Source: Octopus vulgaris
Lineage: Eukaryota
Direction: 5' to 3'
DNA length: 64,000 nucleotides
Assembly: GCA_951406725.2 (NCBI GenBank)
Contig: OX597821.1
Span: forward strand, 116,684,001 to 116,748,000
In this document: in pieces, positions 52,101 to 64,000 of the stretch
Layout: each line of letters begins with the position of its first letter
Position numbering within the stretch: the stretch's first letter is position 1
Notes under the pieces: generated by a model
Seen by the model: only the letters and a program-made list of their open reading frames with translations
What the model was told of the DNA's origin: nothing
Database searches by the model: none
Program-made: the position numbers and the translations under genes

Positions 52101-52240
52101 GTGTCAGCTTTCTTAATGTCTCACCTAGTTTTTCTGCTGCTGTTGCAACTATTTTCTCACTACAATCATCTCTGTTAGCAATTACGGTCCCACCTAGGTT
52201 ACTGTTACTATCTGCCTACCACTACTACTACTACTACAAT

Positions 52241-52276
<36 letters not shown>

Positions 52277-52279
52277 CAT

Positions 52280-52315
<36 letters not shown>

Positions 52316-52318
52316 CAT

Positions 52319-52367
<49 letters not shown>

Positions 52368-52696
52368 GCTACCACCACCACCGCCACCACTTCTGCTGCT
52401 GCTGCTGCTGCCGCCGCTGTCACCACCACCACCACCACCACTACTACTGGTGCTGCTGCCGCCACCAACACTAGTGATCAAGCAGACAAAAACACAAACA
52501 CACACACAGATGATGGGCTTCTTTCAGTTTCCTTCTACCAAATCCACTCGCAAGACTTTAGGCTATATATAGTAGAAGACATCTTCCCAAGGTGTCACGC
52601 AATGGGACTGAACCCAGAACTATGTGGTTCTGAAGCGAATGTCTTACCATACAGCCACACCTTCACCTATAGACAGCCTACATACATATACATATG

Positions 52697-52732
<36 letters not shown>

Positions 52733-53699
52733 CACACACACATACAGATCTACATAAAAGTGTAGATATCTACACATTGTCACACACGCATCAGAACGAA
52801 GGCATTTCTTTTAGTGGAATGATTGAAAATCCAGCTGATGGATGCTGGGACCTTGAAAGTTCTTGATTAATATCACAAAAAATAACCTTAGGAAAACCAT
52901 GAACCTTCCAAATTCTCATTTCCTTCCTCTTACAACATTTTCTTTTCCTATTTATTTTTTCATTATTTTTTATACATCCATTTCTTTCCATGCTTTCAAT
53001 TGTTTTTACAGTCAGAGAAATTGTTTTCACAGCTGGATAACCTCCCTTGACACAAACCACTCGGCTGTGAAGTACATCTCTATCTTGGTTTTCTGTCTGT
53101 TTGTCTAAAGCAGTCAGAGACATATGTGTTGCTCAGAGGCAAAGAAAACAAAGTAATCACCATTTTGAATAGTGAAGTTTGAAACTACGACCATAGGGCA
53201 CAGGCATGGCTGCGTGGTAAGAACCTTGCTTCCCAAATGCATGGATCTGGGTTCAATACCATTGCATGGCGCCTTTGGCAAATGTCTTCTGCTATAGCCT
53301 TAGACTGACCAAATCCCTGTGAGTGGATATATATCCATATATATATATATATATACTCTTTTACTTTTTTCAGTCATTTGACTGCGGCAACTATGTACCA
53401 TGTTTGCATGTATGGATGGATGTGCATCTCTATATGTGTGGGCCCGTGTCCCCATATATCTCCTTGTGTGGAGTAAAGTGTGCGTGTGTATATATGGTCA
53501 TGTGTTTCAGTCTCCATTTGCGTATGTGTGCTTGCCTTTTCATATAACCTATATACCTATCCGTCTGTATGTTGATCTGTTTATTTTCATATCCATATGC
53601 TTACATATATGTGCATATACACATATATACATACACCCACACATACATACATCTATCTACACACACACACATACACACACTTACACACACATATATATA

Positions 53700-54167
53700 C
53701 AGGGTGCATAAGATAATTGAGGACAGATTTATGTTTATAAAAAAAAACAGATATATAATAACAGATAATAACTTTATTTATCAAAAAATGCTTTGAGGAT
53801 AAAAAATAAACCTTCTTTTCTATATTGTTATTCAATAAAGCCACCTTCAGATTCAACAACTGCTTCTATATGAGATCGAAATCATATACATGCTCAAATC
53901 AAGTTGTCCTGGTTCATTTTGAACATTACTCTGACTATGGTAGCATTCAAAGAATCTTTGGTATTATGGGTATGTTCATTGACCTCTCTCTCAACAATGC
54001 TCCACATGTAATAGTCCAATGGATTGAGATCTGGGGAATTAAGAGGCCAAATGTTAGCATGCCTTTTCATTTCCTGAGTAAGCTGAGGGTCTGCCATTTA
54101 CTGATTTCTGAATCAAAGATTATACAGACTTAGCAACATATGTCCTCAAATTACCTTATGCACCCTG
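53700..54167 (-). mobile_element. Internally deleted (MITE-like) derivative of the 27-kb maT element
   Basis: Both TIRs CAGGGTGCATAAG(A/G)TAAT intact with TA flanks; fused ORF MADPQLTQEMKRHA|NIWPLNSPDLNPLDYYMW. Confidence 0.92.
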
Positions 54168-57100
54168 TATATACACATACAATGGGCTTCTTTCAGTTTC
54201 CACCTAACAAATCCATTCACAAGGCTTTGGTTGGCCCAAGGCCATATTAGAAGAGACTTACTCAAGGTGCCATGCAGTGGGACTAAACCCAGAACCATGT
54301 GGTTCGGAAGCAAGCTTCTTACCATATGCATATAATGGGCTTATGGCCCTGCCTATGCCTATAATTTAATAAGTAGATTATAAACACCCAAACTATGTTT
54401 TTTATTCTCACTGCTCATTTATTTCAAGTTATTTGTTTAATGCCATTTAATGCATTAAATATGTTAAAACTAATTTACCCATCTTTATAAATAAACAAAA
54501 ATTTTGATTTATGATAATGCAGCTTTGTTCTGTGACTCATTCCTTATTGTCTAATTTGGTTCGGTGCCAGTTGTTTTAAATTCACTTTCAAGATGAAGAA
54601 TGAAGGTAAGCACCAAAGAAGCTTATTCCTGTGAAAATTCCTTCTAGTCCTATAAACCCAGTCACAACCTCGCCCAAACCGGTTCCACACACCCATTCCA
54701 ACTGCTAATTTGTGTCAGATGTTTCATTTAATGCTAGATATAATTATGGTAATTCTAAGGCAGTGAGCTGGCAGAACCATTAGCATAGTGGACAAAATGT
54801 TTAACAGCATTCCATCTGTCTTTGCATTCTGAGTTCAAATTCTGCCAAGGTCGACTTTGCCATTCATCCTTTCAAGGTTGATAAATAGAAATCGGTTGAG
54901 CACTAGGGTTGATGGAATCAACTCCTGCACTCACAAATTACTGGTCTTGTGCCAAAATTTAAAACCATTATTATTATTAAAGCAGTGAGCTAGCAGATTC
55001 GTTAGTGTGCTGGGTGAAATGCTTAGTGGTATTTCGCCTGTCTTCACATTCTGGGTTCAAATTCCACCCCAGTCCACTTTGCCCTTCATCCTTTCAGGAC
55101 CAATAAAATAAGTGCCAGTTGATTTACTGGGGTTGATATGTTCAAGGTGGTGCCCCAGCATGGCCACAGTCCACTGACTGAAACAAGTAAAAGATATAAG
55201 ATAAAAACAGACGAGACTGAAACGACAATATCTTACTCTTTTACTTGTTGCAGTCATTTGATTGTGGCCATGCTGGAGCACCACCTTTAGTTGAGCAAAT
55301 CGACCTCAGGACTTATTCTTTGTAAGCCTAGTACTTATTCTATCAGACTCTTTTGCCAAACCGCTAAGTTACGGGGACGTAAACACACCAGCATCGGTTG
55401 TCAAGTGATGTTGGGGGACAAACACAGACACGCAAACATATACACACATGTACATACATATATATATATACACATATATACAACAGGCTTCTTTCAATTT
55501 CCGTCTACCAAATCCACTCACAAGGCTTTGGTCAGCCCGAGGCTATAGTAGAAGACACTTGCCCAGGGTGCCATGCAATGGAACTGAACCTGAAACCATG
55601 CGGTTTGTAAGCAAGCTACTACCACACAGCCAGTCCTATGTAAAAACAGCCACTCTTATGTAGAAACATAAAAATATTTACAATGGATGAGATCTGCTTT
55701 TGCTATATCCCTTTTCATACAGAATTCTTTGGGTTCACTCAGTGATCCTATTGGAGGGGGTGGTACTAGAGAGCACCTCTGCTCCACATTGTGATGCCAG
55801 CGGCTTGATCCAACTCTGACGCAGGGGAAACACCTGTAAAAACAACTTGGTGATATTAGACCAGTCCCTAGTCATATGTTTTGCTCATCTGGTCCTTCAT
55901 GCTACATGGTGCATTTTCTCCTCATAAACGACAGATGAGGGTTCCATGACTTCATCATCATCATCATCATCATCATCGTTTAACCTCCATTTTCCATGCT
56001 AGCATGGGTTAGACAGTTCGACCAGGGTCTGGGAAGCCTGGAGGCTGCACCAGGCTCCAGTCTGATCTGGCAGTGTTTCTACAGCTGGATGCCCTTCCTT
56101 AATGCCAACCACTCCGTGAGTGTAGTGGGTACTTTTTACGTGCCACCGGCACAGGTGCCAGTCAAGGCGGGACTGGCATCGGGTCACGTTCAGCTTTCTT
56201 GCTGAAAAAAACTTGCAAAGATTTAAAAGTGATTAAAAGTGATTAAATGCTTGTGCTGTACATAGCTCACTCTCTCAATCAAGTTGACAGGTACAGGTGA
56301 ACAGGGTGCCTCAAGTCAAATGTTGAAGTGAGCATAGGGCAACAGAAATGAAGTGTTTTGCTCAAGAATACAACGTACTGCCAATTCCAGGAATTGAAGC
56401 CATAGTCTTAGAATTGTCAGTGCCTTCACTATCACTACATCATAAAGTTCCTTCCCAAGTCATATAGACTAATAAGGGCCAGTTTCCCAATTTCCATGGC
56501 ATGTACCTGGATGGGATGCTAGCCCATCGTAGGATTACTCACTTTTGCCAGCTGAGTGGACTGGAGCAATGTGAAATAAAGTATGGCAGCAAGCTCGAAG
56601 AAGTGTTAGCATGCCAAGTGAAATGCTTAGCGGTATTTCGTTTGCCGCTATGTTCTGAGTTCAAATTCCGCCGAGGTCGACTTTGCCTTTCATCCTTTCG
56701 GGGTTGATAAATTAATTACCAGTTACGCACAGGGGTTGATGTAATCGACTTAATCCGTTTGTCTGTCCTTGTTTGTCCCCTCTGTGTTTAGCCCCATGTA
56801 GGTAGTAAAGAAATTGGTATTTTGTCTGTCTTTATGTTCTGAGTTCAAATTCCGCCGAGGCTGACTTTGCCATTCATTCTTTTGGGGTTGATAAATTAAG
56901 TACCAGTTGCATACTGGGGTCGATCTTATTGACTGCCACCTCCACCTCTTCAAAAATTTCAGGCCTTGTGCCTAGAGTAGAAAAGAATGAGAAATGAAGT
57001 GTTGTGCTCAAGAATGCAATGTATCAACCAGTGCATGATTTGAAACTGCAATCTTACAATCAGGTTCTCAATACCCTAACCACTAAGCCACATATCTCCA

Positions 57101-57398
57101 CTACATGATAGATCTTTAGAAAGTTATGTAAAGTGGTTCCCAACCTTTTCACTACCAAGAACCCCTTTTATTTAAATGAGTTTTTCCCCTCTTTTAATAT
57201 GCTTATCCTTATGTGTATATATATATATATATAGGCACAGGAGTGACTGTGTGGTAAGTAGCTTGCTTACCAACCACATGGTTCCAGGTTCAGTCCCACT
57301 GCATGGCACTTTGGGCAAGTGTCTTCTACTATAGCCTCAGGCCAACCAAAGCATTGTGAGTGGATTTGGTAGACAGAAAAACTGAAAGAGGCCCGTCG

Positions 57399-57430
<32 letters not shown>

Positions 57431-57432
57431 TA

Positions 57433-57472
<40 letters not shown>

Positions 57473-58061
57473 TGTGTGTCTGTGTTTGTCCCCCCAACAT
57501 TGCTTGACAATCGATGTTGGTGTGCCTACATCCTTGTAACTTAGCAGTTCGGCAAAAGAGACTGATAAAATAAGTACTAGGCGTACAAAGAATAAGTCTT
57601 GGGGTCGATTTGTTCAATTAAAAGCAGTGCTCCAGTATGGCTACAGTCAAATGACTGAAACAAATAAAAGAATATATATATGAAATTTAGAATTTTATTC
57701 ACGGACCCCCAGTAGTACCGTTGTGGACTACCAGGGGTCTGCAGACTACCATGGTTCTGTGGTCCCCAGGTTGGGTCTGCAGACCCCACTGTTATATAAG
57801 CACCACAATATCTTCTTTGAGGTTTGTGTCCTTAGTGAAAGAGTATAGTTGTTGTTGTTGTAGTTGTCAATGGTGGTAGTGGTGGTGGTGGTGGTGGTGG
57901 TGTTAGCGTTAAATATCTCCCTTATGTTGCCAGGTTGACATTTATAAATAATGAGGTCGTTAAAGTTGTCTGCTGCACATTTTTGGTACACATGGCAGCA
58001 TAAAAGCAAAATAAAAAAATTCCCAAAAAATACAGAAGAGAGAGAAATATAGATGTTAAAT

Positions 58062-58097
<36 letters not shown>

Positions 58098-58295
58098 AGG
58101 GGTGGTGGAAGTGGCAATAGTGATGGTGGTGAAAGTGGTAGTGGCAGTGGAGATTGTGGTGGTAGTGATGGTGGTGGTAGTGATGCTGGTGGTGGTGGTG
58201 GTGGTGGGTGTGGTCGTGTTGGTGGTGGTGGATATGGTGGTAGTGGTGGTAATGGTGGTGGGGGTAGTGGTAGTGTTAGTAGTAGTAGTAGTAGC

Positions 58296-58336
<41 letters not shown>

Positions 58337-59717
58337 CAGCAGTAGTAGTAGTAGTAGTAGTAGCGGTAACAGTGGCGGTGGTGGTGGTGGTGGTGGTGGT
58401 GATGGCAGTAGTAGCGATGGTAGTTGTGGCCATGTTGTTTATGAAGATAACGAGAAAATATGCGGCTTTAACCTTTCATCTTATTCCTAAAAGACCCTCT
58501 TTCTCCTGGGAAACGACTTTTCGCTGGTTTCTGTCAGTCACTGTCAATCGTTCAGCATGAAGTTGTGAGCAATTAATTTGAATTTACCACATCTTCAATC
58601 GTGTGTTAGAGATCTATTGAATAATTAGGGTTGACTATTGAAGCAACCAGATGGTCTCTGGGCAGGTATGTGACCTGCCAAAAATAGCAGCAAAATCCCT
58701 CTCTTGAATCATTTTTTGGTGGCTTAAAAATGAAAGAAATATTGTGAAGTGGAATTCTGGTCCACCTTAAAAGACAGGATGGTCACAGGTGTGTTGCCTT
58801 TGATCATGAGTCATCTTGATCAGAACTGGCATAGAAGTAAACAACAGCAACAGTGGAGGTGCAGTGGCCCAATGGATAGGCCAGCAGACTCACAGTCATA
58901 AGAACGTGGTTTCGATTCCCAGACCGGGCATTGTGAGTGTTTAGTTAGCAAAAACACCTAAGCTCCACGAACTCTGGCGGGAGGTGGTGGTGAACCCCAC
59001 TGTACTCTTTCACCTCAACTTTCTCTCACTCTTTCTTCCTACTTCTGCCACAAAGCAGAGGAACTATGGTGTAACCCACTATGGTATGGTAAACTTTCAG
59101 ACCCTAGTCTAGATTGCGAATCTCCTGTACACTAGGATGGTTCAGCTCTCCACCCGTTAAAAGCCACTGTTTACGGAATGAGGATAACAACGTAGCTTTC
59201 GTGCCCGTGGAACTGCCAGGTTGTTACCAGTGCTGCCTGACCAGCTCCTGGTGCCGGTGGCACATAGAAAGCACCATTTGAGCGTGGTCGATGCCAGTGC
59301 TGCCTGATTGGCTCCTGTGATGATGATGATGATGATGATGATAGTGGTTGTGGAAGTGGCGATAGTGATGGTGGTGAAGGTGGCAGTGGTCGTGGAGATT
59401 GTGGTGGTAGTGGTGGTTGGTGTGGTCAATGCCAGTGCCAGCTGACTGGCTCCTGTGCCGGTGGCACGGCACGTAAAAAGCACCATTCAAGCGTGATTGA
59501 TGCCAGTACCGCCTGACTGGCTCTCATGCCAGTGGCACATAAAAAGCACCCACTACACTCTTGGAGTGGTTGGCATTAGGAGGGGCGTCCAGCTGTAGAA
59601 ATCTTGCCAGACCAGATTGGAGTCTGGTGCAGCCTTTTGGCTCGCCAGCCCTCAGTCAAACCGTCCAACCCATGCCAGCATGGAAAACAGATGTTAAAAG
59701 ACGACGACGACGACGAC

Positions 59718-59758
<41 letters not shown>

Positions 59759-60540
59759 GGATGATGATGATGATGAGGATGACGACGACAGCTTATTACA
59801 ATCAATGCTTATTCCCTGGATCATTGGTTGAATAACTGAAGATTTCTCGGAAGGTGGAAACAGACATTTAATCCTGCCAATTCTACTAATTTTAGATTCA
59901 TTGAGGTGTGGAGGAGTGTTTGTTAAGAAGTGGAATGAGACAATTTGGCATTGCTGTTTGGGCGCTGATGATCTGGCATGGCTGATTGGATATTGAACAT
60001 GTTCGGAGGAAAGAACGTTTTGGCGCAGGGCGCATACATACACAGACATGCATGCACGCACACACACACGGACATATACATAGATACATACATACATAGA
60101 TACATACATACATACATACACATGCACATACATGCATAGGAGTATGCAGAGTTAGAGAAAGAGAGAAAGAGAAGGAGAGAAGGAGAGAAGGAGAGGGAGG
60201 GAGAGGGGGAGATAAATGAGTGGAGAGGGTGGGAAAGAAAGAGAGGAAAAGACAGAGAGAGAGAGAGGAGGGAGAGGGAGAGAGAGATGTTATGTTTTAT
60301 TAATTGAATGTGACAGACTTCAACATTTTCCTTCTCATACAGTTAGAGAAATATACTCATAAATGTAAACACACACACACATTTTGAGAGAGAGAGAGAG
60401 AGGGAGAGAGAGAGGGAGAGAGAGAGAGAAGAGCGGAAAGAGGGAGAGAAATGAGTGTAGAGGAAGGAAAAGAAAGGGAGAAAGGGAAAGAGAGAGAGTG
60501 TGTGTGAATAATTTTTAGTCAGTATAATTGACATAATAGT

Positions 60541-60936
60541 CTTTTCTACTCTAGGCACAAGGCCCGAAATTTTGGTGAGGGGGACCAGTTGATTAGATCG
60601 ACCCAGTACGCAACAGGTACTTAATTTATCGACCCCGAAAGGATTAAAGGCAAAGTCGACCTCGGCGGAATTTGAACTCAGAACGTAGCGGCAGAGGAAA
60701 TACCTATTTCTTTACTAACCACAAGGGGCTAAACACAGAGGGGACAAACAAAGACAGACAAACGGATTAAGTCGATTACATCGACCCCAGTGCGTAACTG
60801 GTACTTAATCTATCGACCCCGAAAGGATGAAAGGCAAAGTCGACCTCGGCGGAATTTGAACTCAGAACATAGCGGCAGACGAAATACGACTACGCATTTC
60901 GCCCGGAGTGGTGACGTTTCTGCCAGCTCGCCGCCT
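60541..60936 (-). mobile_element. tRNA-derived SINE family 2 (core GCCTTTCATCCTTTCGGGGTCGATAAA..AAGTACCAG, resembling the MetaSINE domain), with internal duplication
   Basis: Head AGGCGGCGAGCTGGCAGAAA..GAGTTCAAATTCC; other copies at about 5410-5623(-), 11455-11672, 14233-14620, 15812-16030, 47702-47938, 56583-56988. Confidence 0.85.
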
Positions 60937-61051
60937 AATGTGTACGAATATTGACATATGTATGAGGGTGTATGAAGGTATCCTACATGTGTGTATGTGT
61001 GTATGTGAGTGGGTGTGGGTGTTTATGTGTGTGCGTATACGTACGCGTGTC

Positions 61052-61111
<60 letters not shown>

Positions 61112-62705
61112 GTACTTTCTTTAGGCAGTTTTGTAAATGGTTTATTATAAAACATCAACAAACAGGCAAAACAAATTAGAATGACACAAAAAAGGGAAAG
61201 ATAGTATCGAACCCATTCCCCCCAGCTTTACAGATTCTCTCTCAGGTAATTCGGTCACCAGTTTCACACCAACAGGAAAAACTGGTCTGTAACAGCATTC
61301 TTTAACTAAATAAGAGAAGGAACTTTACATTGTTAAATATGGTTAACCTTTACTCTTCTCGTCAAAGACTTAAAAAACACACACAAATGTCACCTCTCGC
61401 TTTCACACTCCTACAAATATATATTCTATTATATTATTATCGGTTTTAGTCAGAGGCTATGGCCATGCTGGGCCACCGCTATTAGCATTTATACTTGATT
61501 ATTTTAGACTCATTTCCCACCCATTCTCTGGAATGGACCCTGGTGAAGCTGTGAGCAGGACAAAGCAGAATTTTGAGTTTCTTATTGTGACGTGGCTTCA
61601 TCTGGTTTATCATATTCATAATTTTGTGCTTTTTTGGTAAACTTGTACTGGTTCTAGTCATTGGAAAGCAGCCATCACGAAGAACCATCCTGAAAGTGTA
61701 ATAGTCGATTATATCCATCTCACTCTTATTCGATCTATATTTCAGTAGCAGCAGCAAGTATCCATTGGCAAGTTCATGGTAAGACAAAATCTATCACTAC
61801 TTATGTGATAACTGAGTGACTGAAAAAAAGCATTGATGTTGCAATTAGCTAGCAGGCTGAATAAAGATTCATTATATGCAAAGGAAGCAGTATTAATTTA
61901 AAATAGCAATCTGTGTATCATACAAAGAGATACATTGTTAAAAATCGAATGAACTACTGGTGTTCGTTGTGAGATTGCATCTCTTATGGATGTTTAGGGT
62001 TAAAATACATAGAAATATATCAATAGCAGACGAAAGTTATCCAGCAGTGGTGGTGTCATTGCCAAATACGTATTTCTTCCTCTTTGGGCTTCGTTAGTAG
62101 CAAGTATGCTTTAAGTATGATATGCAGACTGCTACTTTGAACTAATACAACTTTTGTTGCTCATAACGGATTTTTATTCAAAATGCCGGCTTTTCCAATC
62201 ACTGTTTTACTATATCAGTAACAGCTGACGTGCCTGTGTGCTACGAAGCCTACTTCCCAACCACATGGGTTTGGGTTCAGCACCACTGCGTGGTGGCACC
62301 TTTGACAGATGTCTTCTACTATAGCCTCAGGCCAAGCAAAGCCTTACGAGTGGATTTAGTAGACAGAAACTGAAAGAAACCCATCGTGTATAAATATATA
62401 TACACGCACACACTTACATGCTCTGTTATACACACGCACGCGCACCTTCGTTTTGGGATCACCACTACTTTATTATCTCCCTTCTTCCTAGCTCTGCTGT
62501 GTGACCTTTCTGTCCGCCATTCGCCACGATAGATCGCTAGCTACTACACATTCTTTATTTTCACTCCTTGTTCCTTTCTGTAGAAGAGCACAGGCCCGAA
62601 ACGCTAAAGACTTTTTCACTTCCCGGGCGTTAAACTAATACATCTGTTTGTTTACACACACGTCTTCATCTTTTGTTTTATCTTTGTGAATTCTCTACCT
62701 ATATA

Positions 62706-62741
<36 letters not shown>

Positions 62742-62757
62742 TGTATGTATGTATGTA

Positions 62758-62805
<48 letters not shown>

Positions 62806-63469
62806 CATTCACATATCTGTATTTATGTATACAGTTATATGTGTGTATTTCGAATTTGATACATGATAATTAACATAATGTCTCCGTTTGTAAACGGATA
62901 TATTATGCATGACCTACAATCGTATCTGTTCCAATCATACATCTTAGATATTAACATCTCTCCCCACTGACACGCATACCAGAGAAATGATGCATGTTAC
63001 TGCAATCGATGTAGATTCAGCGAATGATAGGTTTTGTACAAGGAGAGAGAAGGAGGTGAGAAGGGGGAGAGTGACAGACAGAGTATGTGTGTATGTATGG
63101 GAAGAGAGCGAAGTCTTTTATATCCAATATCTTTAGAATGTGATCGATTTTCGACCGTCCTGTTAATCCTGTGATCTTTCAGTTCCGTGACAATATTCTA
63201 CGACTGGCTTCTAAACGAAAGTCTTCGCCATAAAAGTGGGAGGATTGTGAGCAAATCCGACTTTGATCTCATGATACGGCTCTCAGTTTCTGGAAGAAAG
63301 AGACCCAGTGCTCTGAAGGCAATGGCAGAAACGGCTGAGGAAAGTTCCAAGTAGATTTGTCCAAAGAGGAATGGAAATGCATTTCAGAAGGCATTGATTT
63401 ACCCAACAGTCAACTGGCATCTTAGACTGAACTGATGAAACTGGTGGTCCGTCAGTTACGAGGATAAAG

Positions 63470-63750
63470 GTTCCAAGTTGATCCGATTAGCGGAACAACC
63501 TCTTCGTGAAATTAAGGTGCAAGTAGCTGAGTACTCCGCAGACACGCGTGCCCATGACGTAGTTTTCAGAGCGATTCAGCGTGACACAGAATATGACAAG
63601 GTCGGCGCTTTGGATTGCAGGTACAACTCATTTTTGCCAGCTGAGTGAACTGGAACATCGTGAAACAAAGGGACTTGGCCAAGGACACAGCACGCCGTTG
63701 GGAATCGAACTCTTGATTTTATGATCGTAAGCCGAATATCCTACACAGGC
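63470..63750 (-). mobile_element. tRNA-derived SINE with CORE-like plus Deu/Nin-like body (related interrupted copy at about 47420-48040 on +)
   Basis: Shares CCAGTTCACTCAGCTGGCAAAAATGAGTTGTACCTG...CTTGTCA...CAGC(T/C)ACTTGCA with the 47.4-kb copy. Confidence 0.55.
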
Positions 63751-64000
63751 AATCTGTTGGTGATCTTAGATTGATCTTCCTTCCTTCTTTTTTTTTTTGT
63801 CGATTCATTGAGCTGGCAACGCTGACATACAATCGGACGATACAGCAACCAGACGACAACTTCCAGCTTAAGTTCAAGTAAACCAGTTTGGAATGAGTCC
63901 AAGAAATGGAATTCCATAAGAACAAATAGGAAATTGGATGAAATATTTCGTAATTTTTGTCTGATATTATCTTCAAAGATTTATGAGATTAGAAAGCGTT

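Noticed and set aside
61482-61787. 101-aa minus-strand ORF and a possible small plus-strand exon (TTTCAG|...ATG|GTAAGA)
   Set aside because: No recognisable homology and no partner exons identified; cannot be supported from sequence alone.

Overview
Eukaryotic, AT-rich, microsatellite-saturated genomic DNA. The repeat landscape most resembles an octopus/coleoid cephalopod genome (inference from repeat families, not verified). One confident gene: a 4-exon mitochondrial ribosome assembly factor of the RsfS/Iojap family (MALSU1) on the + strand (23381-23999, 30971-31149, 33544-33625, 48119-48318; 1080 nt, 359 aa, all splice phases consistent). A probable second gene runs divergently on the - strand (signal-peptide-like exon 10897-11033). 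The rest is tRNA-derived SINEs, RTE and Penelope retroelement fragments, Tc1/mariner (maT-like) copies, MITEs and simple repeats; most ORFs in the track are microsatellite artefacts. The most interesting signals: (1) a perfect 126-bp inverted repeat in MALSU1 intron 3 whose 41-nt loop holds a frame-preserving 15-nt microexon candidate with strong splice sites; (2) a recurrent palindromic element whose arms carry a tRNA-like Pol III head, an (AAT)n spacer and a minimal hammerhead ribozyme motif; (3) three further families of short elements with hammerhead-like motifs, one in the loop of a 119-bp inverted repeat and one with a shared CUGUNGA core variant. All RNA structures were read by eye and none was computed.
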